A stretch of 64,000 nt of DNA from Myxococcota bacterium (GTDB lineage: Bacteria > Myxococcota_A > UBA796 > CAJQPC01), in assembly GCA_036229005.1 (NCBI GenBank), contig JAZAMN010000006.1, positions 112,223 to 176,222 of the forward strand. Reading direction: 5' to 3'. The position numbers were made by a program, and so were the translations under genes. Shown here piece by piece: positions 1-12,073 of the stretch. Each line of letters begins with the position of its first letter. The first letter of the stretch is position 1. The notes beneath the pieces are model-generated. The model made no database searches and was not told where the DNA came from. It was given only the letters and a program-made list of their open reading frames with translations.

Positions 1-343
1 CCTGGTGCATCAGGCCAGCGGTCTCCTTTGGGGGCATGCGCAGGTAGTCCGAGAGGCTGCCCAGCATGTTGCCGACCACGTCCACCCAGCGCAGCTTGAA
101 GCGGCGGGCCAGGCGCTGCGCGTGGGCGCGGTGCTGGGCCTTGACCAGGGTGGTGACGACGAAGGCCTCGTGGTCCCGGGCCAGCTCGAACACCCGCTCG
201 AGCTGCTCCGGCGAGCTGATGTGGGGGAAGGTCTGGGGCTGCACTTGCGCGTCGGCGAACTGCAGCAGGCACGCGCGCACGACCTTCTCGGCGGTGTCTC
301 CGGTTCCGTCGGAGATGATGAAGAGGGGGCGGCGCTTGGACAT
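1..343 (-). CDS. ppsR: PEP synthase / pyruvate,phosphate dikinase regulatory protein (kinase/pyrophosphorylase, DUF299), runs off window start
   Basis: Not in ORF track; own translation from ATG 343 (GGAGG SD): MSKRRPLFIISDGTGDTAEKVVRACLLQF...VVTTLV...WVDVVG; the SDGTGxTAE motif is typical of this family. Confidence 0.85.
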   Translation of the reverse strand, partial: MSKRRPLFIISDGTGDTAEKVVRACLLQFADAQVQPQTFPHISSPEQLERVFELARDHEAFVVTTLVKAQHRAHAQRLARRFKLRWVDVVGNMLGSLSDYLRMPPKETAGLMHQ

Positions 344-394
344 CGCCTCCTTTCTAGCACGCCCTTGGAGCAGGCGCCCGGGTAGCATCCGGGC

Positions 395-1492
395 ATGAAC
401 GCTCCTCTGGCCGGTGTCCGCATCGTCGATCTGTCCCGCTTGCTCCCGGGGCCCTTCTGCACCTGGCTGCTGTCCTCACTGGGCGCCGAGGTGATCCGCG
501 TCGAGCCGCCAGGGGGAGGGGACTACAGCCGGCAGCTCCCTCCGCTGATCAGCGGACACGGGGTGTTCTTCGCCGCTCTGAACCGCGGCAAGCGCTCCGT
601 GGCCCTGGACATCCGGCAGGAGCAGGGGAGGCGCGGCTTTGAGGCCCTCCTCCACTCTGCGGATGTACTGCTTGAGGGATTCAAGCCCGGAACACTCGCC
701 AGAGCCGGTCTGTCCGGCGAGGACATGCTGTCCCGTCACCCCAAGCTGGTCATCGCATCCATCTCGGGCTTCGGGCAGAGCGGCCCGCTGGCCCAGGAGC
801 CGGGCCATGACCTGAACTACCAGGGCTACGCCGGGATCGTCGCCGGGCAGGCGCACCTGGAGCCCTCGGTGGTGCAGGTCGCGGACCTCGCGGGGGGCGC
901 GCTGATGGCGGCGCTGGGCATCGTCTCCGCGCTCTACGGGGTGGCGCGGGGTGGCGCGGGGCGCTGGCTGGACTGCTCGATGACCGACGGCGCGCTGGCG
1001 CTGATGGCCCCTCAGCTCGCCGTGGCCCAGGCGGAAGGCCGCCCGCTGCGGCCGGGCGGGGAGCTGCTGACTGGCGGCGCTGCGCACTACCGCTGCTATC
1101 GCTGCGCGGACGGTCGCTGGATCACTCTTGCGCCTCTGGAGCCCAAGTTCTGGGCGGCGCTGCGCGAGGCGATCCCCGAGTGCCCCGAGGGGCCCGACGC
1201 CGCTGCGCTCACGGCGATCTTCTCCAGTCAGCCGGCTGCCCACTGGATCGCCCGCGCGCCGGGGGCCTGCGTGGGGCCGGTCCTGCGCGCCCGGGAGCTG
1301 CCGGAGCACCCGCTGCACAAGGCGCGGGGCAACTTCGAGCGCGTGTTGGGGATCCCGATGGCCAAGGCGCCCTTCCCCTGGGCCCCGGAGCCGGTGGTCC
1401 CCAGGCTGGGGGAGCACACGCGGCAGATCCTGGGGCCTTTGGGCGTGGACGTGGACGCGCTATTGAAGCTGGGTCAGGCGCAGGAGGCTTGA
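395..1492 (+). CDS. CaiB/BaiF family III CoA transferase
   Basis: PLAGVRIVDLSRLLPGPF, LGAEVIRVEPP, NRGKRSVALD, ISGFGQSGP, GHDLNY motifs. Confidence 0.93.
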   Translation: MNAPLAGVRIVDLSRLLPGPFCTWLLSSLGAEVIRVEPPGGGDYSRQLPPLISGHGVFFAALNRGKRSVALDIRQEQGRRGFEALLHSADVLLEGFKPGTLARAGLSGEDMLSRHPKLVIASISGFGQSGPLAQEPGHDLNYQGYAGIVAGQAHLEPSVVQVADLAGGALMAALGIVSALYGVARGGAGRWLDCSMTDGALALMAPQLAVAQAEGRPLRPGGELLTGGAAHYRCYRCADGRWITLAPLEPKFWAALREAIPECPEGPDAAALTAIFSSQPAAHWIARAPGACVGPVLRARELPEHPLHKARGNFERVLGIPMAKAPFPWAPEPVVPRLGEHTRQILGPLGVDVDALLKLGQAQEA

Positions 1493-1627
1493 ATGGGCGA
1501 GTTCGTGTTCGGTGTGCCCGAGGCCGTCTTTCTGGCCATCCCCATCGGCCTGATCCTGGTGTTCATCGGGCCCAAGTGGCTCCGGGAGCGCCGGGCGGCC
1601 AAGCAGCCGCCGCAGCAGGACGAGTAG
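1493..1627 (+). CDS. 44-aa single-pass membrane protein, TatA/TatB N-terminus-like
   Basis: Below ORF-track cutoff; GGAGG at 1483-1487, ATG directly after upstream TGA; MGEFVFGVPEAVFLAIPIGLILVFIGPKWLRERRAAKQPPQQDE. Confidence 0.6.
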   Translation: MGEFVFGVPEAVFLAIPIGLILVFIGPKWLRERRAAKQPPQQDE

Positions 1628-1632
1628 GTCGC

Positions 1633-2118
1633 TCAGGCGGAGAGCACGCCCATGAAGATCTGGAGCGTGCCGACCACCAAGAACAGCGTGCTGTTCACCA
1701 GGGCTTGCGCGGTGGTCTTCTTGACGGTGTCCTCGTAGGCGCCCCGATCGCTGATCCCGTCCGGACCATCCAGCTTGCGGAGAGGGTCCATGGTCCAGAT
1801 CTCGAGGTGGAAGGAGCTGGCCCAAAGCAGGGCAAAGACCACGTGCTGGGCGATTGTGAGCTGGTCCGCCAGGGTCTCCGCGGGCCACAGGAAGCCCGAG
1901 TGGGTGCGGTAGTGCATGACCGCGCCCCCCAGGATCATGGCGCCCATGGAGAGGCCCAGGCCCGGGCCCCAGGCGCGGTAGACGCGCACCAGGCGCTCAC
2001 TGTGTGCGCCGACCACGAGCTGTCGCATCGCGAGCAGGAGCGCGAAGGCCAGCAGGGAGCCGCCGTAGAGAGTCGCGCCGAGCCAGCGCAGGGCTGAGAA
2101 GAAGAGATCGATTGCCAC
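1633..2118 (-). CDS. Hypothetical four-TM membrane protein
   Basis: 161-aa ORF with four hydrophobic helices, GC3-rich codon usage. Confidence 0.7.
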   Translation of the reverse strand: MAIDLFFSALRWLGATLYGGSLLAFALLLAMRQLVVGAHSERLVRVYRAWGPGLGLSMGAMILGGAVMHYRTHSGFLWPAETLADQLTIAQHVVFALLWASSFHLEIWTMDPLRKLDGPDGISDRGAYEDTVKKTTAQALVNSTLFLVVGTLQIFMGVLSA

Positions 2119-2207
2119 GGGGCGATGCTAACCGCTGTCGGTCCGGAGTTGGGGTTGGCCGGCCGTCGAAGGCGGCTGCTCGAGAGGGCAGCGGGTACCA
2201 TGCGGCG

Positions 2208-4088
2208 ATGAAGCTTTTGCGCAGCCCGGCCGCCGAATGGGCGCTCTACATCGCTCTCGCGCTGGTGGCCATCGGTCCCGCCCTCCGCTCCAACCACGTG
2301 GTCGGTGACGGCATCGACATGTACGGGACGATCTGGTTCTACTGGTGGATCCAGGAGTGCCTGCAGACGCTCAGCGACCCGGGGTTCACGGACTACTTCT
2401 TCTATCCCCTGGGCAAGGACATCTTCGCGCACACGGGGAACAACTTCGTCGACGCGGTGGTGGCCGCCCCGTTCTACTGGCTCTTTGGCTCGCCGGGCTA
2501 CCAGCGCTGGTTCGTGCTCGCGGTGCTCCTGGCCAACGCCGCGTCCTTCCGGGTCCTGGCGCGCGGGATGCTGCAGTCGCGGGGGGCACAGATCCTCGCG
2601 ACCGTCGCGTTCATGCTCAACCCCTACGTGCTCTTTGAGATCACCTGTGGGCGGCTCACGCAGGCCTTCCTGCCCTTCATGCCTCTGGCCTTCCACTTTC
2701 TGCTGCAGCTCGAGCGGCCCGCGAAGGGGTGGGCGCGCCTGAGGGCCCCGCTGCTGGCTGGTCTGATGGTGGCCCTCCAGGCCTGGACCTACTGGTTCAT
2801 GGGCTACTTCATGGCCCTGGCGATGCTCCCGATCTTCCTGCACGCCGTCTACAAGAGCGAGCGGAGGGGGGAGCTGGTCGCGAACTACCTGATGGCGGGT
2901 GCGGCCTGCCTCCTGTTCGTCTCGCCCGCGGCCCTCTCGATGTCTGAGCTCGCTGGCGCCGGCGCCGTCCCCGGCTTGGACAACAGCGTCCAGAAGGACC
3001 TGTTCCAGCCGCCCGCCGGGCTTGGCAACAACGTCGCCTCGAACCTGCACGGCTGGGTGTTCGCGGAGTTCGCGGGCACGCCGCTGCTGATCTCGCTGGC
3101 CTGGACGCCGCTGTGGCTGGCCATGTTCATCTGGGGCAGGGATCGGGCCCGTTGGGTGCCGGCCTTCCTGCTGCTCTGGTACTTCTCGCTTGGGCCGACC
3201 TTCCACACCCCGGCGCCCGGTGTGCGCGTTCTGGCGGTCTCTGCCCCGTACATGGCGGCCTACCACTACCTGCCCTTCTTCGACCGGCTCTGGTTCCCCT
3301 ACCGCATGATGTCGGTGGCCTTCCTGGTCCTGTCGGTGGGCCTGGGGCAGCTCGCGGACCGGGCGTTCACGAGCTCTGGCTGGCGCCTTCGCAAGGCCGC
3401 CCCCGCGCTGGCGGTGCTGTTCATGGCTGTCACCCTTGGCGAGCAGGCGCGCTACCGGGTCTTCCCCTTCGTCTCGCGGGATCTGACCATGCCGGCGACC
3501 TACGAGATGATCCGGGACAACCCCGGCTATGTGATCCACCTGCCCTTCGGGATCTCGCAGCCCTCAATCATCTGGCAGACCTTCCACGGACAGAAGATGT
3601 TCGGAGGGATGGGGGAGAACGCCCCGATCCTGCTGCCGGAGGGCTTCCAGTCCCGCATGAACCAGAACAGCTTCGTGCGCTCCATGAATGACGCTTCGCG
3701 CCGCCCCGGGATGCCGGTGGTCAAGCACCTGCCCGCCCACCGGGAGGCCTTCGAAGCCCAGGGATTCCGCTGGGTGGTGCTGCACCGCGACCTGGTCCAG
3801 ATGGAGCTGATGCGGAACCGGACGCTGGCCCCGGACAAGGGCGCTGTGGCCGCGACACAGAACCTGGTGGAGCTGCTGGGAGAGCCTGTGGCGGTGGAAG
3901 GCGTGCTGGTGACCTGGGACCTGAGCGGGCAGCTCGGGCCCCTCCCTGGCTACGAGCCCACCGCCCAGAACCTGGGGAGCGCCGACTTCGAGTCGCAGGA
4001 GATCCCGGCGTATGAGCGGGCGCTCATCGAGACCGGCCGCCTGATCGGTCCCCCGGAGCTGCGGCCCGAAGGGAAGGACAAGCGGTAG
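2208..4088 (+). CDS. Polytopic membrane protein, probable GT-C fold glycosyltransferase (YfhO/PMT-like)
   Basis: Start at ATG 2208 (MKLLRSP); acidic DGIDMYGTIW loop after TM1, many TMs, RLWFPYR motif, soluble C-terminal domain. Confidence 0.65.
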   Translation: MKLLRSPAAEWALYIALALVAIGPALRSNHVVGDGIDMYGTIWFYWWIQECLQTLSDPGFTDYFFYPLGKDIFAHTGNNFVDAVVAAPFYWLFGSPGYQRWFVLAVLLANAASFRVLARGMLQSRGAQILATVAFMLNPYVLFEITCGRLTQAFLPFMPLAFHFLLQLERPAKGWARLRAPLLAGLMVALQAWTYWFMGYFMALAMLPIFLHAVYKSERRGELVANYLMAGAACLLFVSPAALSMSELAGAGAVPGLDNSVQKDLFQPPAGLGNNVASNLHGWVFAEFAGTPLLISLAWTPLWLAMFIWGRDRARWVPAFLLLWYFSLGPTFHTPAPGVRVLAVSAPYMAAYHYLPFFDRLWFPYRMMSVAFLVLSVGLGQLADRAFTSSGWRLRKAAPALAVLFMAVTLGEQARYRVFPFVSRDLTMPATYEMIRDNPGYVIHLPFGISQPSIIWQTFHGQKMFGGMGENAPILLPEGFQSRMNQNSFVRSMNDASRRPGMPVVKHLPAHREAFEAQGFRWVVLHRDLVQMELMRNRTLAPDKGAVAATQNLVELLGEPVAVEGVLVTWDLSGQLGPLPGYEPTAQNLGSADFESQEIPAYERALIETGRLIGPPELRPEGKDKR

Positions 4089-4184
4089 ACTGCCCCGGTC
4101 TGTTCCCTCTCTGAGTTCAGCGCCGCGGCGTCCTTGCCGGAGGCGTCTTTATGGATAGGTTCGGGAGCAAGAATTGGAGCGTTC

Positions 4185-6602
<2,418 letters not shown>

Positions 6603-6619
6603 GGCCCACTGGAGAGCCC

Positions 6620-8131
6620 ATGAACCTTCGACCCTTCAAGCGCGTTCTCGTCGCCAACCGCGGCGAGATCGCGGTCCGGGTGATTCGCGCCTGCGCCGAG
6701 GAAGGCCTGGAGACCGTCGCGGTCTTCTCTGACGCCGACCGAGACGCCCGGCACGTGCGCCTGGCCACCTACGCTGAACACATCGGACCCTCACCGGCCG
6801 CCGAGTCCTACCTCTTGGGGGACAAGCTGCTCCAGGTCGCCATCAAGCATGGCGCCGACGCGGTCCACCCCGGCTACGGGTTCTTGAGCGAGAACGCCGA
6901 GTTCGCGCAGAAGGTCCTGGACGCCGGGATGGTGTGGGTGGGGCCGCCCCCCGCGGCCATCACGGACATGGGCTCCAAGACCGGCTCCCGCCAGCGCATG
7001 CAGGCGGCGGGTGTGCCGGTCGTCCCGGGCACCGTCAACGCCCTCCGCGAGGAGGACGAGGTGCTGCGGGTCGCACGCGAGATCGGCTTCCCCGTCATGC
7101 TCAAGGCCTCCGCCGGTGGTGGTGGAAAGGGCATGCGGCGGGTCGACAGCGAAGAGGGGCTGGTCTCCGCCTTCCGGGCGGCCAGCTCCGAGGCGCGCGC
7201 CTCCTTCGGCGACGACGCCGTCTACCTCGAGAAGTTCGTGGTGAACCCGCGGCACGTCGAGATCCAGGTGCTGGCTGATGGGCACGGCACCACGGTGCAC
7301 CTCTTCGAGCGCGACTGCTCCATCCAGCGGCGCAACCAGAAGGTGGTCGAGGAGTGCCCCTGCCCCGTGCTCCCGGAGCAGACCCGCCAGGCCATGGCCT
7401 CGGTTGCGGTCAAGGCTGCTGAGGCGGTCGACTACGTCGGTGCCGGGACGGTGGAGTTCCTGCTGGGTGGGGACGGGAACTTCTACTTCCTGGAGATGAA
7501 CACCCGGCTGCAGGTGGAGCACCCCATCACCGAGGCCATCACCGGGGTGGACCTGGCGCGGGCCCAGCTCCGGATCGCGGCGGGCGAGAAGCTCTGGTTC
7601 GCCCAGGAAGACCTGCGGATCAACGGGCACGCGATCGAGTGCCGCGTGTACGCCGAGGATCCCGCGGCGAACTTCGCGCCGGCCCCCGGCCGCATCCACG
7701 AGTACCAGGAGCCCGGTGGGCCCTTCGTGCGGGTGGACAGCGGTGTTGGTCCCGGCTCGGAGGTGCCCATCTACTACGACCCCATGATCGCCAAGCTGGT
7801 GGTCTGGGGCCGGGACCGCCAGGACGCCATCGAGCGCTGCGACCGCGCCCTGCGGGAGTACCGCATCGGCGGCATCAAGACCTCGATCCCCTTCTTCCGC
7901 AAGGTGCTGGCCGACCCGGCCTTCCGCGAGGGGCAGTACACCACCGGCTACATCACGCCGGAGTTCCTGGCCGACCTGGCGCCCGAGCGTCAAGACGAGC
8001 TGGCCACCATCGCAGCGGCCATCGCCCAGTTGGACGCCGATCTGGCCCCCGCCCGAAAGGCGGTGAGCGCCGAGCAGACCTCGCCCTGGAAGCGCTCCGC
8101 CTCCTGGCGCAACAGCCACAGGATGCGCTGA
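6620..8131 (+). CDS. accC: Biotin carboxylase subunit of acyl-CoA carboxylase
   Basis: ANRGEIAVR, HPGYGFLSEN, GGGGKGMR, ERDCSIQRRNQK, EMNTRLQVEHP, YYDPMIAKL. Confidence 0.95.
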   Translation: MNLRPFKRVLVANRGEIAVRVIRACAEEGLETVAVFSDADRDARHVRLATYAEHIGPSPAAESYLLGDKLLQVAIKHGADAVHPGYGFLSENAEFAQKVLDAGMVWVGPPPAAITDMGSKTGSRQRMQAAGVPVVPGTVNALREEDEVLRVAREIGFPVMLKASAGGGGKGMRRVDSEEGLVSAFRAASSEARASFGDDAVYLEKFVVNPRHVEIQVLADGHGTTVHLFERDCSIQRRNQKVVEECPCPVLPEQTRQAMASVAVKAAEAVDYVGAGTVEFLLGGDGNFYFLEMNTRLQVEHPITEAITGVDLARAQLRIAAGEKLWFAQEDLRINGHAIECRVYAEDPAANFAPAPGRIHEYQEPGGPFVRVDSGVGPGSEVPIYYDPMIAKLVVWGRDRQDAIERCDRALREYRIGGIKTSIPFFRKVLADPAFREGQYTTGYITPEFLADLAPERQDELATIAAAIAQLDADLAPARKAVSAEQTSPWKRSASWRNSHRMR

Positions 8132-8631
8132 TGCACTACGACGTGACCCTGGATGGCACCACCCGCAGCGTCGAGATCGAGCGCGTGGACGAGACCCGCG
8201 TGCGCATCGCCATCGACGGCGCCCCCGCGCGCGAGGTCGAGCTGCGTCGCACCCGCGATGGCCTGCACATGCTGCTGGACGGCCAGTCCTTCGACGCAGG
8301 CCTGGTCAAGCGCGACGACGGCTGGGATGTGAACCTGCTGGGCGGCCTCTACAGCACCCAGGTCATCGATCCCCGCCGAAAGGCGCTGCGGCTCGCTGGC
8401 GGTGCGGGGGAGGGCGAGATGAAGTCCTCCATGCCCGGTCGGGTGGTCTCGGTCCTCGTCGAGGAGGGGCAGCAGGTCTCCAAGGGAGAGCCCGTGCTCA
8501 TCATCGAGGCCATGAAGATGGAGAACGAGGTCAAGGCCCCCGTGGATGGCGTCGTCGAGGCCATCCTGGTGGAGACCGGTCAGGCGCTGGAGGCCGGCGC
8601 CAAGCTGGCCCGGATCAAGCCCGCAGAGTGA
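8131..8631 (+). CDS. Biotin carboxyl carrier protein (biotinyl domain)
   Basis: ATG overlaps upstream TGA; SMPGRVV, EAMKMENE biotinylation motif. Confidence 0.92.
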   Translation: MHYDVTLDGTTRSVEIERVDETRVRIAIDGAPAREVELRRTRDGLHMLLDGQSFDAGLVKRDDGWDVNLLGGLYSTQVIDPRRKALRLAGGAGEGEMKSSMPGRVVSVLVEEGQQVSKGEPVLIIEAMKMENEVKAPVDGVVEAILVETGQALEAGAKLARIKPAE

Positions 8632-8713
8632 GCGCGCCCCCGGGCGTGCGGTCTGCGCCCGGGTGACCTCGCTGGTGGACGGGGGAGACACGAGGGGAGG
8701 GGGCCCCACCGGT

Positions 8714-9538
8714 TCAGGTGGTGGTTCCCTCGGGTTTGTCGGCCTCAGCGTCCCTCTCCTTGGTGGAGAAGATCCAGGCGATGCCGATCGACAGGACGTA
8801 GAGGATGATCAGCGGGCCGGCCATCAGGGTCTGCGTCATGGGGTCGGGGGGTGTGATGATGGCGGACACCACGAAGATCGCGACGATGGCGTAGCGGAAG
8901 AAGCGCACCATGTCCTTGGCGTCGATGAGCCCCATGCGCGCCAGGAAGAAGATCACGACCGGGAGCTGGAAGGAGAACCCGAAGGCGCCCAGCAGCTTGG
9001 TGGCCGTGCCCAGGTAGGAGTTCAGCGAGATCGCCGCGCCGGTGTCGAAGTCCAGCACGCTCAGGAAGAAGGCGAAGCCGTACTCGAAGATCACAAAGTA
9101 GCCAAAGCTCGCGCCGCCCAGGAAGAGCAGGCTGGAGGCGATGACCAGCGGGATGACCGTGCGCTTCTCGTTCTTGTAGAGCCCCGGCGCGATGAAGGCC
9201 CAGAGCTGGTAGAAGATGAAGGGGCTGGCGAGCAGGACGCCCGCGATGATGGCCACCTTGAGGTAGGTGATCACACCCTCCATGGGGTCGGTGATCACCA
9301 GCGAGTTCAGGGAGTCGGTGAGCTGGGCCAGCTCGGCCTCGCTCAGGTCGTCGGCCTGTCCCCGCTCGGCCAGGGCCCGCTTCATGGGGTCGACCAGGAA
9401 GTCGAAGATCTGGCCGGAGAAGGCCGAGGCGATTCCGATGCCCACGCCCGCGGCGATGAGGGCGCGGACCATGCGCGTGCGCAGCTCCCGGAGGTGCTCC
9501 AGGATGGGCATGCGGGTGTCTTGGACCGGGTCGTTCAT
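8714..9538 (-). CDS. tatC: Twin-arginine translocase subunit TatC
   Basis: HLRELRTR, YQLWAFIAPGLYKNEK, FQLP, ITPPDP. Confidence 0.96.
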   Translation of the reverse strand: MNDPVQDTRMPILEHLRELRTRMVRALIAAGVGIGIASAFSGQIFDFLVDPMKRALAERGQADDLSEAELAQLTDSLNSLVITDPMEGVITYLKVAIIAGVLLASPFIFYQLWAFIAPGLYKNEKRTVIPLVIASSLLFLGGASFGYFVIFEYGFAFFLSVLDFDTGAAISLNSYLGTATKLLGAFGFSFQLPVVIFFLARMGLIDAKDMVRFFRYAIVAIFVVSAIITPPDPMTQTLMAGPLIILYVLSIGIAWIFSTKERDAEADKPEGTTT

Positions 9539-10005
9539 TCGGGGGCCTGCTCACCCGAGGCGGGGGGCGTGTCCGTGGGGGGCGCGTCTTGGGGCGGAGG
9601 CTCGGCCTGGGCCGCCTGGCGCGCGGCGGCGTCCGAGGGGGGGGGCTTCTGGGCCAGCTTGTTCAGGGCATCTTCAGCCGCTTGGGTGTGCTCGGGCGGA
9701 TCTGGTTGCCGCTTGGCGGGCATGTCGCGCGGGAAGGCGCCTCCTTGCTCCTTGTAGCGCTCGGCCTCCTCCTTGCGGCGGGCCAGCAGCTCCTCGCGGC
9801 GGCGCTGGATCTCGGCAGCGCGGGCCTCCGCGTCCACCTTGTCGACCTCCAGAGTGAAGGTTCGGCGCAGATCATCGCTGGCCCGGCGCAGCTTCCCGTA
9901 GTTCCGGCCCAGAAAGCGCAGGAGCTTGGGCAGGTCATCGGGACCGACGAAGACCAGGATCAACACGGCGATGAGGGCGATCTCGCCCCAGCCCATGCCC
10001 AGCAA
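9535..10005 (-). CDS. tatB: Twin-arginine translocase subunit TatB
   Basis: Probable TTG start 10005 (or ATG 9996): LGMGWGEIALIAVLILVFVGPDDLP, amphipathic helix, disordered tail; directly upstream of tatC. Confidence 0.85.
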   Translation of the reverse strand: MLGMGWGEIALIAVLILVFVGPDDLPKLLRFLGRNYGKLRRASDDLRRTFTLEVDKVDAEARAAEIQRRREELLARRKEEAERYKEQGGAFPRDMPAKRQPDPPEHTQAAEDALNKLAQKPPPSDAAARQAAQAEPPPQDAPPTDTPPASGEQAPE

Positions 10006-10078
10006 TGCAGCTCCCTGGCTTGTGGTTTGGACGGGGTGTCTTATTGTGCTGGGGCGACCGTCGCGAGGACATCTCCCC

Positions 10079-10954
10079 ATGTGCCGGCTCTTCGGCTTCC
10101 GGAGCGCGCTCCCTTCCACAACCCACCGCTCGCTGGTCCAGGCCGACAACGCCCTGGTCGAGCAGGCCCGCGCACACCCGCACGGCTGGGGGGTGGGGTA
10201 CTACGTGGGGCAGGACGCCTATGTGCTCAAGAGCGGCGATGCGGCCCACACCAGCGACCGCTTCCGCCTGGCCAGCTCGCGCCTGCGCTCCCAGACATTT
10301 GTCGTGCACGTGCGGCAGGCCACGGTGGGGGGCACCGACTACCTCAACGCGCACCCCTTCCGGCACGGGCGCTGGATCTTCGCCCACAACGGCTCTCTGT
10401 GGGGCTTCGAGGAGCTGGCCCCCGAGCTCGCTCGCTGGATCCCGGCGCAGCGCAGGGCCCTGATCCTGGGGCAGACCGACTCCGAGATGCTCTTCCACTA
10501 CCTGCTGAGCGCCCTGGAGGCCGCGGGCTTCGACGCCACGGGCCACGCCGGGGAGTGCGACGCCAAGGGGGCCGGGCAGGTGCTCTCGGGGGCCGTTGAT
10601 CGCCTCTACCAGCTCGCCGCGCACAAGGGCCTGGAGCCGCCCATCGTGAACTTCATCCTCACCGACGGCGAGCTGATGTTCGGCCTGCGCGCTGGCAAGG
10701 CCCTGTTCATGAGCACCCAGAAGCACCACTGCCCGGACGCGGAGACCTGCCCGGAGCCCAACAAGTTCTGCCTGCTCGCTGCCGCCCCCGTCGGGGAGCC
10801 CGTCAACCACCTGCTGCTCTCCAGCGAGCCCATCGGACAGGACGACCGCTGGGAGAGCCTGGAGCAGGGGGAGATGATCGTGCTGGAGCGGGACTTTCGG
10901 GTGCACCGCCTCCCACCCATCCCCAACTGGGCACCCTGCAGCCGCGTGGAGTAG
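10079..10954 (+). CDS. Class II glutamine amidotransferase (YafJ/EgtC/DUG3 type)
   Basis: N-terminal nucleophile MCRLFG, HGWG, HVRQAT, NAHPF, HNG, GQTDSE, SEP. Confidence 0.9.
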   Translation: MCRLFGFRSALPSTTHRSLVQADNALVEQARAHPHGWGVGYYVGQDAYVLKSGDAAHTSDRFRLASSRLRSQTFVVHVRQATVGGTDYLNAHPFRHGRWIFAHNGSLWGFEELAPELARWIPAQRRALILGQTDSEMLFHYLLSALEAAGFDATGHAGECDAKGAGQVLSGAVDRLYQLAAHKGLEPPIVNFILTDGELMFGLRAGKALFMSTQKHHCPDAETCPEPNKFCLLAAAPVGEPVNHLLLSSEPIGQDDRWESLEQGEMIVLERDFRVHRLPPIPNWAPCSRVE

Positions 10955-10990
10955 ACGAGGTCACCCTGGCGCCGACCACTCCGGCGGGCG

Positions 10991-12019
10991 CTATCTGGGG
11001 CTCTTAAGGATGCCCGGGAACTGCACGTTGCCGCGCGGGTCGACGCCCATGTAGCGGTTGTCGGCCTGCCCGATGTTCACGGTGAACTGGCCTTCGGGCA
11101 GGTAGGCGCGCCCGTCTGCCTCGACCAGGCCCTCGGGCGGGGGCGGGAAGGGGCCGGCGCTCCACCACGCCTGAACGACCGCGTTGTCCAGCGGGCCCAT
11201 GCCGGACTCGGTGACGATCTGGATGGACTCCAGGCGGCCGTCGGAGGTGATGGTGACGTGCACGGCCGTCATGTAGAGCGGCTTGGAGAAGGGCAGGCCC
11301 GTTGGCAGGTTGTCCAGGTTCTGGTCCCAGTAGAAGGCCACCATGCGCCGGATCTGGTTGATGTAGCTGGCGTACAGGAACTCCTTGGTGTTCAGGTAGG
11401 TCGCCTCACCGTCGGGCACATCCAGCAGGTCGTTGTTGGGCGCCCCAGCCAGGCTCGTCTCCGAGTGGGAGGCTACCGTGGGCGCCTGGAAGCCGTCCTT
11501 GTTGGTGATCCGGTAGGGCGAAGGGAGTGACGCCATCGCGCCGTGCCGGTCGGGATCGAAGCGGTCGTTGCCCACCTGCGCGCCCGTGGAGGGCTCCGTG
11601 GCGTTCACGTCGACCAGGTCCTCCATCTCCACCTTGTCATCGGGCGAGTAGACGTTGGAGAGCACCTCGGGGTTGATGCGCCACTGGGTCTTCATCTCCT
11701 GCTCGACGCGGTTGTCGGCCTCGGCCAGGTAGTCGGCGTCCTCGGGCTTCTGGGGGTCCTCGGGCGACACCACGTCGACGATCTGGCCGTCGTAGTCGAC
11801 CGGCTCCGGCTCCTCTTCCGGCTCCTCCTCCTCCTCGGTCGGATCCAGCATGACGATCTGCATCGGGGGCAGGGCCTCGGGGACCTCGGGCTCCAGGGCC
11901 TCCCAGATGGGGCCGCCCACGCCGACGATCAGCACATGCGCGAGCAGAGAGAGCCCCAGCCAGGTCAGGACCTTGGCGAGGCGGTCTCCGGGGCGGTGTC
12001 GGCGGCGTGCGGGAGGCAT
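10991..12019 (-). CDS. TonB-like energy transducer protein (TM anchor, acidic/Pro linker, TonB_C-like domain)
   Basis: TM with SxxxH (LSLLAH), EPEEEPEP linker, C-terminal ITSDGRL...SG...LDNAVVQA...GPFPPPP. Confidence 0.75.
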   Translation of the reverse strand: MPPARRRHRPGDRLAKVLTWLGLSLLAHVLIVGVGGPIWEALEPEVPEALPPMQIVMLDPTEEEEEPEEEPEPVDYDGQIVDVVSPEDPQKPEDADYLAEADNRVEQEMKTQWRINPEVLSNVYSPDDKVEMEDLVDVNATEPSTGAQVGNDRFDPDRHGAMASLPSPYRITNKDGFQAPTVASHSETSLAGAPNNDLLDVPDGEATYLNTKEFLYASYINQIRRMVAFYWDQNLDNLPTGLPFSKPLYMTAVHVTITSDGRLESIQIVTESGMGPLDNAVVQAWWSAGPFPPPPEGLVEADGRAYLPEGQFTVNIGQADNRYMGVDPRGNVQFPGILKSPR

Positions 12020-12073
12020 CAAATCAAACCTGCCACCCTGAGGGCGTGCAGGCAAGGCTTAGGCGGGCCGGGT

